A DNA stretch of 64,000 nt from Peptococcaceae bacterium UBA5318 (GTDB taxonomy: Bacteria; Bacillota; Peptococcia; DRI-13; UBA5318). Of the stretch, positions 48,637 through 59,245 are shown one piece after another. The translations under genes were made by a program, and so were the position numbers. The stretch is taken from positions 20,460-84,459 of the forward strand of contig DHRG01000026.1 of NCBI GenBank assembly GCA_002408285.1, in the 5' to 3' direction. Numbering within the stretch: position 1 is the first letter of the stretch; the number at the start of each line of letters is the position of its first letter. Under the pieces are notes generated by a model, which had not been told where the DNA came from, made no database searches, and was given only the letters and a program-made list of their open reading frames with translations.

Positions 48637-49326
48637 TCAAGCAATCCCTGAACGGTCAAAAGAATATTTCAACTTGTGCAGATTGCTGATGGTCGGCATA
48701 CGTAGATCATCAGTGATGCTGAATGCATCCAGAATCAGTTTCAGGTCGTCGGAAGGCTTGGTCAGCCGGACATATCCGCCAGGAAGAAAGTCGGTCTGAA
48801 AGTCGTTGAGTGCCTTCTTGATCCTGGCAGCAGAGAGCCCTGATTCCCAACCATCTTCGTTCATAGTGCTTTTGCCTTGATGTTGCAGGACCCGGTATTG
48901 GATGAAGCGAATCATGGTGAGGGCGATGAAGCAAACCAAAAAGTGGGCGTTGATATGATCGGGATTACTGACGTAAACCGGCCGGCCTTCAAGGTCATTC
49001 TTGGTGATACGGAAGGAATCCTCAATCCTTGATAGGCCGTGGTACTTGTCGATGATTTCTCGGTCGCTCTTATCAGTCTCAGATGTCATGATGGTGTAGT
49101 ACCCCAACAAAGCCATATATTCTTGTATCTTGTCCCTGTCGATGAAAAGGTGTGTCTTGGTGTCTACGATCTCACCAGTTTCTTCGTCAATCTCGATTTT
49201 TTTGAGGAATTTCTCGATCTTGCGGGGTTTGTCCTTGAGTTTGTCGGGGAAATTAATGACCGACGCTAAGTATTCAATGAACTTGGCATTTTCCTTGACC
49301 TCCCGGTCATTAATGCACTGTAAGTA
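48637..49326 (-). pseudogene. IS1634/IS4-superfamily DDE transposase, 3' remnant (5'-truncated)
   Basis: The frame is open from 49326 with no plausible start. The C-terminal signature is present: GYYTIMTSETDKSDREIIDKYHGLSRIEDSFRITKNDLEGRPVYVSNPDHINAHFLVCFIAL. Only about 230 codons remain. Confidence 0.65.
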
Positions 49327-49536
49327 TCAGCAAGTCCCCGGTGTTTTTGGGGGTTTTATACATATTGACCGCCCGTACCTATCCATAGCCCACATTTGGT
49401 CGCTTTTTTTGGGGCTTTCGATATTGTAATATGTCGCATTGCTGACACCATATTTTCGGCAGGTTTCAATAACCTTAACCCCAGCTTCGACCTCTTTAAG
49501 GATTGTTATGATTTTTTCTTCAGGATATTTTTGCAT
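49327..49536 (-). pseudogene. IS3-family OrfA (HTH) N-terminal remnant
   Basis: MQKYPEEKIITILKEVEAGVKVIETCRKYGVSNATYYN matches the IS3 OrfA helix-turn-helix. Similarity is lost after about 40 aa, and there is no OrfB. Confidence 0.6.
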
Positions 49537-49604
49537 GTTTTTCTTGGTGTTCTTATTAGTTGCCGGAAGGCATAAAATGATTTTAATACAGTATCTTAAG
49601 GGGG

Positions 49605-49895
49605 ATGGGTGTGGAAGTAAATAAATATAACAAGGAAGTTCAACAAAAAATTGCCAGGCTTTTGGATATACCCAACGACATTGTTTTTGATTTGCCCAAG
49701 ATCACCATTATCGGCAACATTCAGCTCTATATCGAAAACCACCGGGGGATCATTGAATACACACCCGAATCCGTTCGGCTTTCCGTAAGTTTTGGCGAAT
49801 TGGAGATCAGCGGTGAAATGCTGACGATCCGGAATATAACCCGCGAGGAAATACATCTTGATGGCTTGATCAGATCTGTCCAGTGCAAAAGCTAG
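49605..49895 (+). CDS. yqfC: sporulation protein YqfC
   Basis: 96 aa, with LPKITIIGNIQLYIENHRGIIEYT typical of YqfC. Followed by yqfD. Confidence 0.8.
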   Translation: MGVEVNKYNKEVQQKIARLLDIPNDIVFDLPKITIIGNIQLYIENHRGIIEYTPESVRLSVSFGELEISGEMLTIRNITREEIHLDGLIRSVQCKS

Positions 49896-49898
49896 GGG

Positions 49899-51119
49899 GT
49901 GAAGGAAATGAACGGCTATGCCTGGCTTACCGGATATCTGGAAATATCCTTGTACGGCGATAATCCTGAGAGGGTCATTAATATGGCTATGACGCGGGGG
50001 ATCTATCTTTGGGACATCCGGCAACGAAAAAAGGGTAGTTATGAACTTAAAATCCGCATAGGCGGGTATAAAGCTCTGCGAAATTTAGTCAGACGATCCT
50101 CCTGCCGAATCAAAATCATCGGGAAGCGGGGCTTTCCCTTTGAAATTATGCGGGCCAGGAAGAGAAAAGTCCTAGTTATCGGAGTGCTCTTTTTTTGTGC
50201 AGTTTTGTATATATTGAGTTCCTTTGTCTGGTTTATCGAAGTGCAGGGCAATAAGAAAATTGAAGAGAGGGAAATAAAGCTTATCGCCAGCGGGGCAGGA
50301 CTGAAAACCGGGGTACCCAAAGCCGGTCTAAATACAGATGAAATCAGGGATAAGCTCATCTCGCAAATACCGGAACTAGCTTGGACAGGTATTCGGATTC
50401 AGGGGACCAAGGTTATCATTGAGGTTTCGGAAAAAACATTAATTCCCACGGATGACGAATACCAAGCTGCCGATCTGATGGCGCGAACAGAGGGAAAAAT
50501 TGAGGAATTACTTGTTTTGCAAGGCACGCCGCAGGTTAGGGAAGGGGAGTATGTTCAAAAAGGCCAGGTGCTTATAAACTCGTGGGCATATTCGCGGCTG
50601 ATTGTGAACCAAGATGGGACCGTTTCGCCGGGAGGTACGCCGCAAAAGGTACGGGCCTTGGGGTTGGTTCGGGCCAGAGTAAATCATACCGGCATTGGCG
50701 AATGTGCCGTTACGGAAGAGGAGGATATTGATACAGGGGCGGAAACTACCATTGTTCTTTTGCGTTACCAGGATTGGAAGGTTATTCTTAAAGGCCCTAA
50801 GACTATACCCTACGGGCTGTACCGCCAGGTCAGCCAGGCAAAAACCCTGATAGCGGGAAGGAATCCCGGTAAAACTGTCGAATTAATTACTACGGTATAT
50901 TTTGAACAAAAGCATGAAACCCGTCAGTGGGGGGTGGAAGGAGCTTATTTGGAAGCAGTGAGGAGAGCCGGAGAAGATGTTCAAAAAGAACTGCCCCCTG
51001 ATAGCCGTATCCATTGGGAGGGTTCGGAACCTTTAGAATCCTCCCGTGAGGATCTGATCCGCGCAAAGTACCAGGTAACAGCCATCGAGGATATCGGGTG
51101 CTACAGCAATAACCCCTAA
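49899..51119 (+). CDS. yqfD: sporulation protein YqfD
   Basis: About 400 aa with a central TM. N-terminus GYLEISLYGDNPERVINMAMTRGIYLWD. Synteny supports the call. Confidence 0.8.
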   Translation: MKEMNGYAWLTGYLEISLYGDNPERVINMAMTRGIYLWDIRQRKKGSYELKIRIGGYKALRNLVRRSSCRIKIIGKRGFPFEIMRARKRKVLVIGVLFFCAVLYILSSFVWFIEVQGNKKIEEREIKLIASGAGLKTGVPKAGLNTDEIRDKLISQIPELAWTGIRIQGTKVIIEVSEKTLIPTDDEYQAADLMARTEGKIEELLVLQGTPQVREGEYVQKGQVLINSWAYSRLIVNQDGTVSPGGTPQKVRALGLVRARVNHTGIGECAVTEEEDIDTGAETTIVLLRYQDWKVILKGPKTIPYGLYRQVSQAKTLIAGRNPGKTVELITTVYFEQKHETRQWGVEGAYLEAVRRAGEDVQKELPPDSRIHWEGSEPLESSREDLIRAKYQVTAIEDIGCYSNNP

Positions 51120-51185
51120 TGGTTTGAATCATACAAATAGGGTATAATAAAAGTTCAGGAGTATTAAAGGAGGTAATCACTAGAG

Positions 51186-52172
51186 TTGTCAGCTTATAAA
51201 GAAACACACCTGAACCTTAGTAACTCGGAAGCGGCAGTATTGTACGGTTTACAGGATGAGAACCTTAAATTTTTAGAAGAACGATTAGGAGCAAAAATTG
51301 TAGCGCGGGGGGGAGAAATCCATATTACAGGCAATTCCGAAGACGTTGAACTGGCTGCCCAAATCTTTCAACAACTCATCGACCTGATCCGGGCGGGTAA
51401 CAGTATTTCTCTTTCCGAAATAAATTATTGCAGGCAAGCAGTTATAGAAGGTAAAAGCAGTCATTTAACGGAGGCCTTAAACGAAGTCATCCAAATAACG
51501 GCGCGGGGAAGGCAGATTAAAGCCAAAACAATTGGGCAGTACAAATATGTACAAGCTATCAAAACCCATGATATCGTTTTTGGGGTAGGCCCGGCAGGTA
51601 CGGGGAAAACCTATTTGGCTGTTGTCATGGCTGTATCCGCCTTAAAAAATAAAGAATATAATCGCATTATTTTGACCCGTCCCGCTGTCGAAGCGGGTGA
51701 GAAGTTGGGTTTTCTGCCGGGAGATCTGCAGGAAAAAGTGGACCCCTATCTGCGGCCCCTGTATGACGGGCTTTACGATGTATTGGGGATCGAAACCGCC
51801 CAGCGCTATATGGATAAAGCAATTATTGAAATTGCCCCCTTGGCTTACATGCGGGGTAGAACGCTGGATGATTCTTTTATCATCTTAGATGAGGCCCAAA
51901 ACACCACTCCGGAACAAATGAAAATGTTTCTTACCAGGATTGGGTTAGGCTCGAAAGCGGTTGTAACGGGCGATATTACCCAGGTAGATTTACCTAAGAA
52001 TGCAAATTCAGGGTTGGTTGTGGTACAACGAATTTTGAAAGGGATCAAAGAGATCAGCTTTCAGTATCTTACTCAGGCGGATGTAGTAAGGCATCCGGTG
52101 GTGCAAAGAATTATTCTTGCCTATGAGGAATACCAGCGCCTGGAAGAAGAAGCAAACAGCAAGGGTATATAG
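51186..52172 (+). CDS. phoH: PhoH-like ATPase
   Basis: Walker A (GPAGTGKTYLAV) and ILDEAQN. TTG start. Confidence 0.9.
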   Translation: MSAYKETHLNLSNSEAAVLYGLQDENLKFLEERLGAKIVARGGEIHITGNSEDVELAAQIFQQLIDLIRAGNSISLSEINYCRQAVIEGKSSHLTEALNEVIQITARGRQIKAKTIGQYKYVQAIKTHDIVFGVGPAGTGKTYLAVVMAVSALKNKEYNRIILTRPAVEAGEKLGFLPGDLQEKVDPYLRPLYDGLYDVLGIETAQRYMDKAIIEIAPLAYMRGRTLDDSFIILDEAQNTTPEQMKMFLTRIGLGSKAVVTGDITQVDLPKNANSGLVVVQRILKGIKEISFQYLTQADVVRHPVVQRIILAYEEYQRLEEEANSKGI

Positions 52173-52241
52173 GAGGGGATCACCATAACAATCCAGAGAA
52201 AAACAAAAGGGCGTCTCAGTAATATCATAGGCCGCTATTGG

Positions 52242-54386
52242 TTGAACCGTAAAGTCCGTGAAATCGCCTGGCTCGTTTTGTTCTTTTGTATTATTATGGC
52301 TATCTTTTCCGCCCATTTTATTCCGACTAAATACCCTATTAGTGAAGGGAAAATTGCCACCAGCACGATTAAAGCGCCTCAGACCATTACTTTTGAAGAT
52401 GCCAAGAAAACGGCGGAACGTAAAAAGCAGGCGGAAGATGCTGTGGGGGATGTTTATGTACTGGATCAGTTCGTTTTGCCTGAGTTAGAGGAGAAAATAA
52501 CCCAGATTTTCCAAGACTTTAACCGGGTGATTACCAACAATAATATGGATTCCAGGGAAAAGATCAACACTTTGATTAAAGACTATGGCTTAAGTGATGT
52601 AGCGGCAACTGTTTTTATTACAGTTGAATCGGATACGATGAAGATCCTGCGCTCGGAAGCGATCAATCTGTTGAGGACCAACTGGCAAACCGGAGTAACG
52701 GATCTGGAGGTAGAAGAAAAACGGGAAAAAATTCTGGCTCAGATCGAGCTCCTGAATTATAACGCTCCTTATCGGGAACTCATCAAAGCTGTTTTTAAAC
52801 AGTTGGAACTTTATCCAAACTATGCAGTCAGCGAAACGGAAACTTTGAAAGCCAAGCAGGCTGCTTCGAAAGATGAACGGGCCGTCTTAGTTACAATTCA
52901 AAAAGGCCAAAAAATCGTCGGGGAAGGGGAAGTAGTCACTACAGAGCAGATTGATATTCTGAGGGCTCTGGGCTATCAGCGCACCTCTGCGCCTTATAGA
53001 AGTCTAAGTGGGATATCTTTGTTCCTGATCCTGTGTATTTTCCTGACGGGTCTTTTCCTCAAACAATATCGGCGTGATTTATATCGGAAAGAGAATAACC
53101 TTGTCATGATGGGGCTCTTGTTTTCTTTAACGTTGTTAATAGCCAAACTTATCGTTACTATTAACATCAGCCCCATGCCGGAGATTGACAATCTGGTGGG
53201 GTATCTGATTCCAATCTCAACAGGTTCTATGCTGCTGACAATCTTATTGGATACCAGGCTGGCTGTTTTTTTAACCATCATTTTGAGTTTCCTGGTGGGT
53301 ATCCTGACCGAAAATCAGTTGTCTTATGCTATCGTGGCCTTTGTTGGCGGGTTGGTGGGTATTTTCAGCGTATCCCGTTTCAGTCAGAGAATGGATTGGG
53401 CCAGGGCAGGTTTATTAATAGCGCTGGCTAATGTCATATGTATTTTATCCCTGGATTTGCTAAATAATAGCGGCCTGAAAGAAGTGGCTATCGGGGTCTT
53501 GCTGGGGGCGGTCAACGGCTTATTTTCCGCTGTTTTCGCCTACGGAAGTTTACCCTTTTTGGAATCCGGCTTTAAGGTGACGACCAGTGTCCGTTTACTG
53601 GAGCTTTCCAACCCCAACCAGCCGCTTTTGCGAAGGTTGCTTATTGAAGCTCCCGGAACTTATCACCATAGCGTCTTAGTGGGGAATTTGGCGGAAGCGG
53701 CAGCCGACGCTATCGGAGCTGACGCTCTACTCGCGCGGGTGGGCGCTTACTATCATGATATTGGGAAATTGAAAAGACCGTATTTTTTCATAGAAAACCA
53801 ACTGGGTGGGGATAATCCCCATGAACAGCTTACTCCGGCACTAAATACGCTGATAATAACTTCGCATGTTAAAGACGGGTTGGAGCTTGCGCGTCAATAC
53901 GCTATTCCCACGGTGATCATGGATCTGATCGCCCAGCATCACGGGACGAGCCTCGTTACCTATTTTTATCATAAAGCGCAAGAAGCAGGGAACGCTGATA
54001 CTGTTAAGGAGAATGATTTTCGCTATAATGCGCCCAAGCCTCAGTCAAAGGAGGCCGCTATTATTATGCTGGCGGATAGCGTTGAGGCGGCGGTCCGCTC
54101 CATGCCTGATCCCACCAGTGGGAAGATCGAGGGAATGGTTCGTAAGATCATTAAGGAACGCTTGCAGGATGGACAATTAGACGAGTCGGAACTGACCTTC
54201 AGGGATACAGATATGATTTCCGCTGCCTTTTTCCGGATCCTGGGCGGTATTTTCCATACCCGTATCGAATACCCGGAAAATGTGCTGGAAGCTATGAAGG
54301 GAGGTTTACTGCCGGATGGAGATAATCATCAGCAACCAGCAGAAAAAGGTGCCGGTAGCAGCACCGACAAAGGTATTGGTCCGTGA
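52242..54386 (+). CDS. pgpH: 7TM-receptor HD-domain phosphodiesterase (PgpH/YqfF family)
   Basis: Extracellular N-domain, a 7-TM block and an HD domain (HHSVLVGNLAE...YYHDIGK...AQHHG). Confidence 0.85.
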   Translation: MNRKVREIAWLVLFFCIIMAIFSAHFIPTKYPISEGKIATSTIKAPQTITFEDAKKTAERKKQAEDAVGDVYVLDQFVLPELEEKITQIFQDFNRVITNNNMDSREKINTLIKDYGLSDVAATVFITVESDTMKILRSEAINLLRTNWQTGVTDLEVEEKREKILAQIELLNYNAPYRELIKAVFKQLELYPNYAVSETETLKAKQAASKDERAVLVTIQKGQKIVGEGEVVTTEQIDILRALGYQRTSAPYRSLSGISLFLILCIFLTGLFLKQYRRDLYRKENNLVMMGLLFSLTLLIAKLIVTINISPMPEIDNLVGYLIPISTGSMLLTILLDTRLAVFLTIILSFLVGILTENQLSYAIVAFVGGLVGIFSVSRFSQRMDWARAGLLIALANVICILSLDLLNNSGLKEVAIGVLLGAVNGLFSAVFAYGSLPFLESGFKVTTSVRLLELSNPNQPLLRRLLIEAPGTYHHSVLVGNLAEAAADAIGADALLARVGAYYHDIGKLKRPYFFIENQLGGDNPHEQLTPALNTLIITSHVKDGLELARQYAIPTVIMDLIAQHHGTSLVTYFYHKAQEAGNADTVKENDFRYNAPKPQSKEAAIIMLADSVEAAVRSMPDPTSGKIEGMVRKIIKERLQDGQLDESELTFRDTDMISAAFFRILGGIFHTRIEYPENVLEAMKGGLLPDGDNHQQPAEKGAGSSTDKGIGP

Positions 54387-54816
54387 CGTTATTACAATGG
54401 CGCTCCATAAATTTAAGTTTACTGACAAACTGGAAGTGGGTATTACCTTGGTCGATAATCCCGGTATTCGGCAGTTGAACCTGGAATACCGGGGGATCGA
54501 CGCCCCGACGGATGTTTTATCTTTTGCCTTGCAGGAAAGCCGGGAAGCCGGAAAAATCCCCTTTACGGATGCCAGTGGGACTCTTCTGTTGGGGGATATT
54601 GTCATATCGTGCGAGCAGGCCGCCGCCCAGGCTGCGGAATACGGTCATAGCTTTGAGCGGGAAATGGGGTTTCTGACCGCCCATGGGATACTTCATCTGT
54701 TAGGTTATGACCATCAAACCGATGCAGAAGCTAAGGAAATGAGAGCCCTGGAGGAAGAAATATTAGTATCTCTGAAATTAACAAGAGATAATTCTATAAG
54801 GAGGATCCTTTTTTGA
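54316..54816 (+). CDS. ybeY: rRNA maturation endoribonuclease YbeY
   Basis: Zinc motif HGILHLLGYDH. Overlaps the end of pgpH by 71 nt. Confidence 0.9.
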   Translation: MEIIISNQQKKVPVAAPTKVLVRDVITMALHKFKFTDKLEVGITLVDNPGIRQLNLEYRGIDAPTDVLSFALQESREAGKIPFTDASGTLLLGDIVISCEQAAAQAAEYGHSFEREMGFLTAHGILHLLGYDHQTDAEAKEMRALEEEILVSLKLTRDNSIRRILF

Positions 54817-56096
54817 TAGGCTCACAATTTTTCCAATTGATTATTTTACTGGTTCTATTGGCACTATATTCATTTTTCTCGGCCTCTGAAACGTCTATTT
54901 TTTCGGTCAACAAAGTAAGGATCCGCCGTCTGGCTGAGGAAGGAAACCGTCAGGCTCTTGTAACCCGGCGTCTGTTTGAACAGCCTAACCGGTTAATCTC
55001 TACCATACTCATTGGCAATACGGTAGTAAATATTGGCGCGACGGCTTTGGCTACATCTTTGGCTATTGATTTATTTGGTGCGACAGGCGCTGGGATTGCA
55101 ACGGGTGTCATGACTGTTTTGATCCTGGTTTTCGGAGAAATAACGCCTAAAACGCTGGCAGCCAGGAGATCGGAAGCTTACTCATTAAGTGTAAGCCCCT
55201 ATATCAATGGGCTGGGAATTATCCTTTCGCCTGTCATCCGTGTCTTGAATTTAATTACCAATATGTTGGTCAAGCTCTTGGGCGGCGCCGTCCCCGAAAG
55301 CCAGCAGGTAACGGAAGAAGAAATACGGATGCTGGTCAACGTAGGACAGGAAGAAGGACTGATCGGTTCCGATGAGAGGGAAATGATTGACAGCATATTC
55401 GAGTTTGATGATACTCTGGTTCGTGAAATCATGGTCCCCAGGATAGATATTACTGCTATTAACAGCAATGATTCTCTTGCCGACGCAGTTAATTTGATTA
55501 CTGGGGTGGGACATTCCCGTATACCCGTTTATGAAAATACGGTCGATAATATTGTGGGCGTTATTTACGCGAAAGATTTATTGAAACCGTTCATTCTAAG
55601 CAAAGATAAACCGCGCATCATGGATTTGATGCGCTCCGCTTATTATGTGCCCGAAAGCAAAAAAGTGCGCGACCTCTTTAAAGAACTAAGAAACCAAAAA
55701 ATCCATATGGCCATTGTTTTGGATGAGTATGGAGGTACTGCCGGGCTTGTCACCATAGAAGATGTAGTTGAAGAAATTGTGGGCGATATCCAGGATGAGT
55801 ACGATCATGAAGAAAACAGTATCGAAAAGCTCGGGGATGGTTCGTTGCTGGTGAATGCCCGGACGCCGATTTATGATATTAATGAAATGCTGGAGTTAGA
55901 CTTGCCGGATGATGAATTTGAAACGGTCAGCGGTTTGGTTTTTCATAGTTTGGGCAGGGTGCCTGCTCAGGGACAGGAACTGGATATCGGGAATCTTCAT
56001 ATTGTGGTCGAAAAAGTTGTCGGACGGCGTATTGTGAAATTGCGGTTTATTAAAAAAGATACAGCCGCTGGATCAGAGAGCCCCCAAACTAAATAA
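54813..56096 (+). CDS. CNNM/DUF21-CBS-CorC_HlyC family membrane protein (TlyC/CorC-like)
   Basis: N-terminal DUF21 TM domain, a CBS pair and a C-terminal CorC_HlyC domain. Confidence 0.8.
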   Translation: MIGSQFFQLIILLVLLALYSFFSASETSIFSVNKVRIRRLAEEGNRQALVTRRLFEQPNRLISTILIGNTVVNIGATALATSLAIDLFGATGAGIATGVMTVLILVFGEITPKTLAARRSEAYSLSVSPYINGLGIILSPVIRVLNLITNMLVKLLGGAVPESQQVTEEEIRMLVNVGQEEGLIGSDEREMIDSIFEFDDTLVREIMVPRIDITAINSNDSLADAVNLITGVGHSRIPVYENTVDNIVGVIYAKDLLKPFILSKDKPRIMDLMRSAYYVPESKKVRDLFKELRNQKIHMAIVLDEYGGTAGLVTIEDVVEEIVGDIQDEYDHEENSIEKLGDGSLLVNARTPIYDINEMLELDLPDDEFETVSGLVFHSLGRVPAQGQELDIGNLHIVVEKVVGRRIVKLRFIKKDTAAGSESPQTK

Positions 56097-56118
56097 GGAT
56101 GAAGGGGTATTTGGAAAG

Positions 56119-57153
56119 ATGAGAGGGAAGATAATCAAATGGATCGTTGCCAGTTTGCTGATAAGTACGCTGGTGGGGGGTATTACGTACTATTTTATAC
56201 GTCCCTACCTGCCAAATAAGATCAATTTTGAATCACTCGGCAAGCCGCATCAGGATGAAAACGGGACAATACCGGAAAACCCTTTCCAAAACTGGCAAGA
56301 GAGAAAAAGAAAACGTGCTCTGGCAGTCATTATTGATAACGCAGACGGGGCGGGCGCCCAGTCCGGGCTGGATAAGGCGGATGTAGTAGTGGAGGTTCCG
56401 GTAGAAGGCGGGCTTACCAGACTGCTGGCGATTATTAGCGCGGACAGTATTGACTTACTGGGCCCTATTCGCAGCCTTAGACCGACTTTTGTTGATCTGG
56501 CGAAAGAATACAACGCCGTATTAGTACATGCCGGTGGTTCTGCAGAAGGGCTTGATACGCTGGGCAGAGAAAACCAGGATCATATTGATGAGATTTATGG
56601 CGGATCGAAAGCGGAAACCGCCTTTTGGCGCGTTTCGGACCGCCCTAAACCTTATAACCTTTATGCAAGCTCGGAGAGCCTCAGAAAAGCTGCCAAAGAG
56701 CTGGGCTATAACCTCACAACACCGCCGCCGGAGCGTACTTATCTTAAAGATGACGCTGATGTTTCCGGAACGGATGTGAGTGATTTGACGATACTTTATC
56801 CGAACCGCAGTAATCAAATAGCGTATAAGTACGATAAGGATACTAAAGTTTTCCAACGCTATAAAAATGAAAAGCCTCACCTCACCGCGAAGGGTGAACA
56901 ACTAATGGCCGCTAACGTCATCGTACAATATGTTCCTTCGCGTGTCACGGACGGAGATGGCCGTCTTCAGCTTATCCTGCACGGAGAAGGCAAGACTCTC
57001 ATCCTTAGACAGGGCAAGGTAATAGAAGGCTTATGGAAGAAGGAGCCTGATGGATTTACGCAGTTTACCGATATGAAAGGAAGGGTGATACCTTTAGCCG
57101 AAGGGACCACTTGGATCGAAGTTGTTAGAAATGGAACGAAAGTGAATTATTAG
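56119..57153 (+). CDS. DUF3048 domain protein (YerB-like)
   Basis: N-terminal TM plus GLDKADVVVEVPVEGGLTRLLAII, typical of DUF3048. Confidence 0.65.
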   Translation: MRGKIIKWIVASLLISTLVGGITYYFIRPYLPNKINFESLGKPHQDENGTIPENPFQNWQERKRKRALAVIIDNADGAGAQSGLDKADVVVEVPVEGGLTRLLAIISADSIDLLGPIRSLRPTFVDLAKEYNAVLVHAGGSAEGLDTLGRENQDHIDEIYGGSKAETAFWRVSDRPKPYNLYASSESLRKAAKELGYNLTTPPPERTYLKDDADVSGTDVSDLTILYPNRSNQIAYKYDKDTKVFQRYKNEKPHLTAKGEQLMAANVIVQYVPSRVTDGDGRLQLILHGEGKTLILRQGKVIEGLWKKEPDGFTQFTDMKGRVIPLAEGTTWIEVVRNGTKVNY

Positions 57154-57179
57154 ACCGGTTATTGGAGTGATTAAAAGTG

Positions 57180-57581
57180 ATGCAAGAACTTATCCAGGCA
57201 GCGTTAAAAGTCAGGGAGCATGCTTATGCTCCTTACTCCGGTTTCAAGGTGGGAGCTGCGATCCTCGCTAAAAATGGAGAAATCTACACAGGCTGTAACG
57301 TCGAAAACGCCTCGTATGGACTGACGGTCTGTGCGGAAAGGGTTGCCGTCAACAAGGCAATATCAGATGGAGTTCGGGATTTTCAAGGGATAGCCATTGT
57401 GACCGACGCCCGCAAACCAGCCTCTCCCTGTGGAGCTTGCCGCCAGGTCTTAGCCGAATTTTCGCCGCAAATGCCGGTTTATCTGGCAAATATTCAGGGA
57501 AAAGTATGCAAGCTCAGTTTGGAAGAGTTATTGCCAGACGCTTTTACACCACAACGCTTGAGGGAGGATATTCACTTATGA
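57180..57581 (+). CDS. cdd: cytidine deaminase
   Basis: Zinc motifs CAERVA and PCGACRQ. Confidence 0.92.
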   Translation: MQELIQAALKVREHAYAPYSGFKVGAAILAKNGEIYTGCNVENASYGLTVCAERVAVNKAISDGVRDFQGIAIVTDARKPASPCGACRQVLAEFSPQMPVYLANIQGKVCKLSLEELLPDAFTPQRLREDIHL

Positions 57582-58477
57582 GTGAGGACTTTTGTTCGGG
57601 TTTTATTTCTTTGATCGGCCGGCCTAATGCCGGAAAATCTACTTTATTAAATCATCTCATTGGACAAAAGATAGCCATCACCTCCGACAAGCCGCAGACG
57701 ACACGTAATAAAATTGCGGGCGTTTTGACCAAAGAAAAATGGCAAATGGTTTTTCTTGATACCCCCGGGATCCATAAACCTAACGACAGGCTGGGCGATG
57801 AGATGGTTCGCGCGGCCCTAAACACTCTGGGTGAAGTAGACGTCGTCTATCTCTTGGTTGACGCTACCGTACCATATGGAGGCGGGGACGCTTTTTTACT
57901 TGAGAAGCTTAAAAAAGTGGAAACCCCGGTATTTTTGTTGTTAAATAAAATTGACCGTTTAAGAAAAACAGATTTGCTGCCGTTGATTGATTTTTATCAG
58001 GGCAAGATGGCTTGGCAAGAGATTATCCCCGTTTCCGCTTTGCAGGGAGATAATATCGCTGCCTTGTTGGACGCCACAGTTCCTTTTTTACCGGCGGGTC
58101 CTTGCTATTACCCGGAGGATGCTGTTACGGATCAGCCGGAACGAATGATTATTGGCGAACTGATCCGCGAAAAAGTAATTCAGGCCACCAGGGAGGAAAT
58201 CCCTCATTCGGTCGCAGTGGATGTAGAGCTGATAGAAAAACGCTCAAATGATCTTCTCTATATCGGCGCGGCTATTTACACTGAAAGGGACTCGCAGAAA
58301 GGAATCCTGATCGGTAAAAGAGGGGAGATGCTAAAAGCGATCGGCAGCAGTGCGCGGAGTGAAATAGAAAAACTAACGGGCAATAAGATATTTTTGGAGT
58401 TATGGGTTAAAGTCAGAGAGAATTGGCGCAACACTGAAAAACATTTGCGCAACTGGGGTTATGGAAATGAACGATAA
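57578..58477 (+). CDS. era: GTPase Era
   Basis: GRPNAGKST, DTPG and NKID motifs plus a KH domain. Start set at MSEDF (ATGA overlap with the cdd stop). The ORF-track start at 57437 lies inside cdd. Confidence 0.95.
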   Translation: MSEDFCSGFISLIGRPNAGKSTLLNHLIGQKIAITSDKPQTTRNKIAGVLTKEKWQMVFLDTPGIHKPNDRLGDEMVRAALNTLGEVDVVYLLVDATVPYGGGDAFLLEKLKKVETPVFLLLNKIDRLRKTDLLPLIDFYQGKMAWQEIIPVSALQGDNIAALLDATVPFLPAGPCYYPEDAVTDQPERMIIGELIREKVIQATREEIPHSVAVDVELIEKRSNDLLYIGAAIYTERDSQKGILIGKRGEMLKAIGSSARSEIEKLTGNKIFLELWVKVRENWRNTEKHLRNWGYGNER

Positions 58478-59150
58478 CATTGCCCAATATATTGAACATA
58501 CTCTTTTAAAACCGGAAGCTACAGAAACGGAAATTTACAAAATATGCCAAGAAGCCCGCGAATTTAATTTTACGGCTGTTTGTATCCAGCCCCAGTATGT
58601 ATCCTTGTGTGTTGAACAGCTCCAAGGCTCGGGGGTAGAGGTAGCTACGGTGGTCGGTTTTCCCCTGGGAGCAAACACTGGGGCGGTGAAAGCTTTTGAG
58701 GCCCGGAGAGCCTTTTTGGATGGAGCCCATGACGTTGATATGGTCGTTAATTTGGGAGCTTTACGGGCTAAACAAATCAACAAAGTTTATGCTGATATCA
58801 AAGGAGTAGTTGAGGAATCTAACGCGTTCCCTGACCGGCAGGTTAAGGTTATTATCGAAACATGTCTTTTGACGGAAGAAGAAAAAATTGTTGTTTGCCG
58901 GACAGCGGTTCAAGCAGGCGCCCATTATGTTAAGACCTCTACAGGGTTTGCCGCAGGCGGGGCGACTGTGGATGATGTTGCGCTTATGGCGCGGGTTGTT
59001 GAAGGGAGGGCTAAAATTAAGGCTGCCGGCGGTATCAAAACCCTTGAGCAAGCGAAGCGTTTTATTCTGGCGGGCGCGGACCGAATTGGGACAAGTAATG
59101 GGATTGCCATAATGACCGAAAATAGTTATAATGAAAAGAAAGCTCCTTGA
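58461..59150 (+). CDS. deoC: deoxyribose-phosphate aldolase
   Basis: Class I aldolase (IEHTLLKPEAT...VKTSTGF Schiff-base lysine...IKAAGGI). Confidence 0.9.
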   Translation: MEMNDNIAQYIEHTLLKPEATETEIYKICQEAREFNFTAVCIQPQYVSLCVEQLQGSGVEVATVVGFPLGANTGAVKAFEARRAFLDGAHDVDMVVNLGALRAKQINKVYADIKGVVEESNAFPDRQVKVIIETCLLTEEEKIVVCRTAVQAGAHYVKTSTGFAAGGATVDDVALMARVVEGRAKIKAAGGIKTLEQAKRFILAGADRIGTSNGIAIMTENSYNEKKAP

Positions 59151-59245
59151 CTGCTGGCAATAATCTACTAGTATAGAGTAGTTTAAGTGAGTGTTAAAAT
59201 AATAAAGCATTGATGTCACTTGGGAAAAAGAAAGGACCTATGCTT

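Noticed and set aside
54316-54386. 71-nt overlap between pgpH and ybeY as a possible programmed frameshift or fusion.
   Set aside because: The ybeY ATG at 54316 gives a normal YbeY N-terminus, and the pgpH tail is low-complexity. An ordinary gene overlap is sufficient to explain it.
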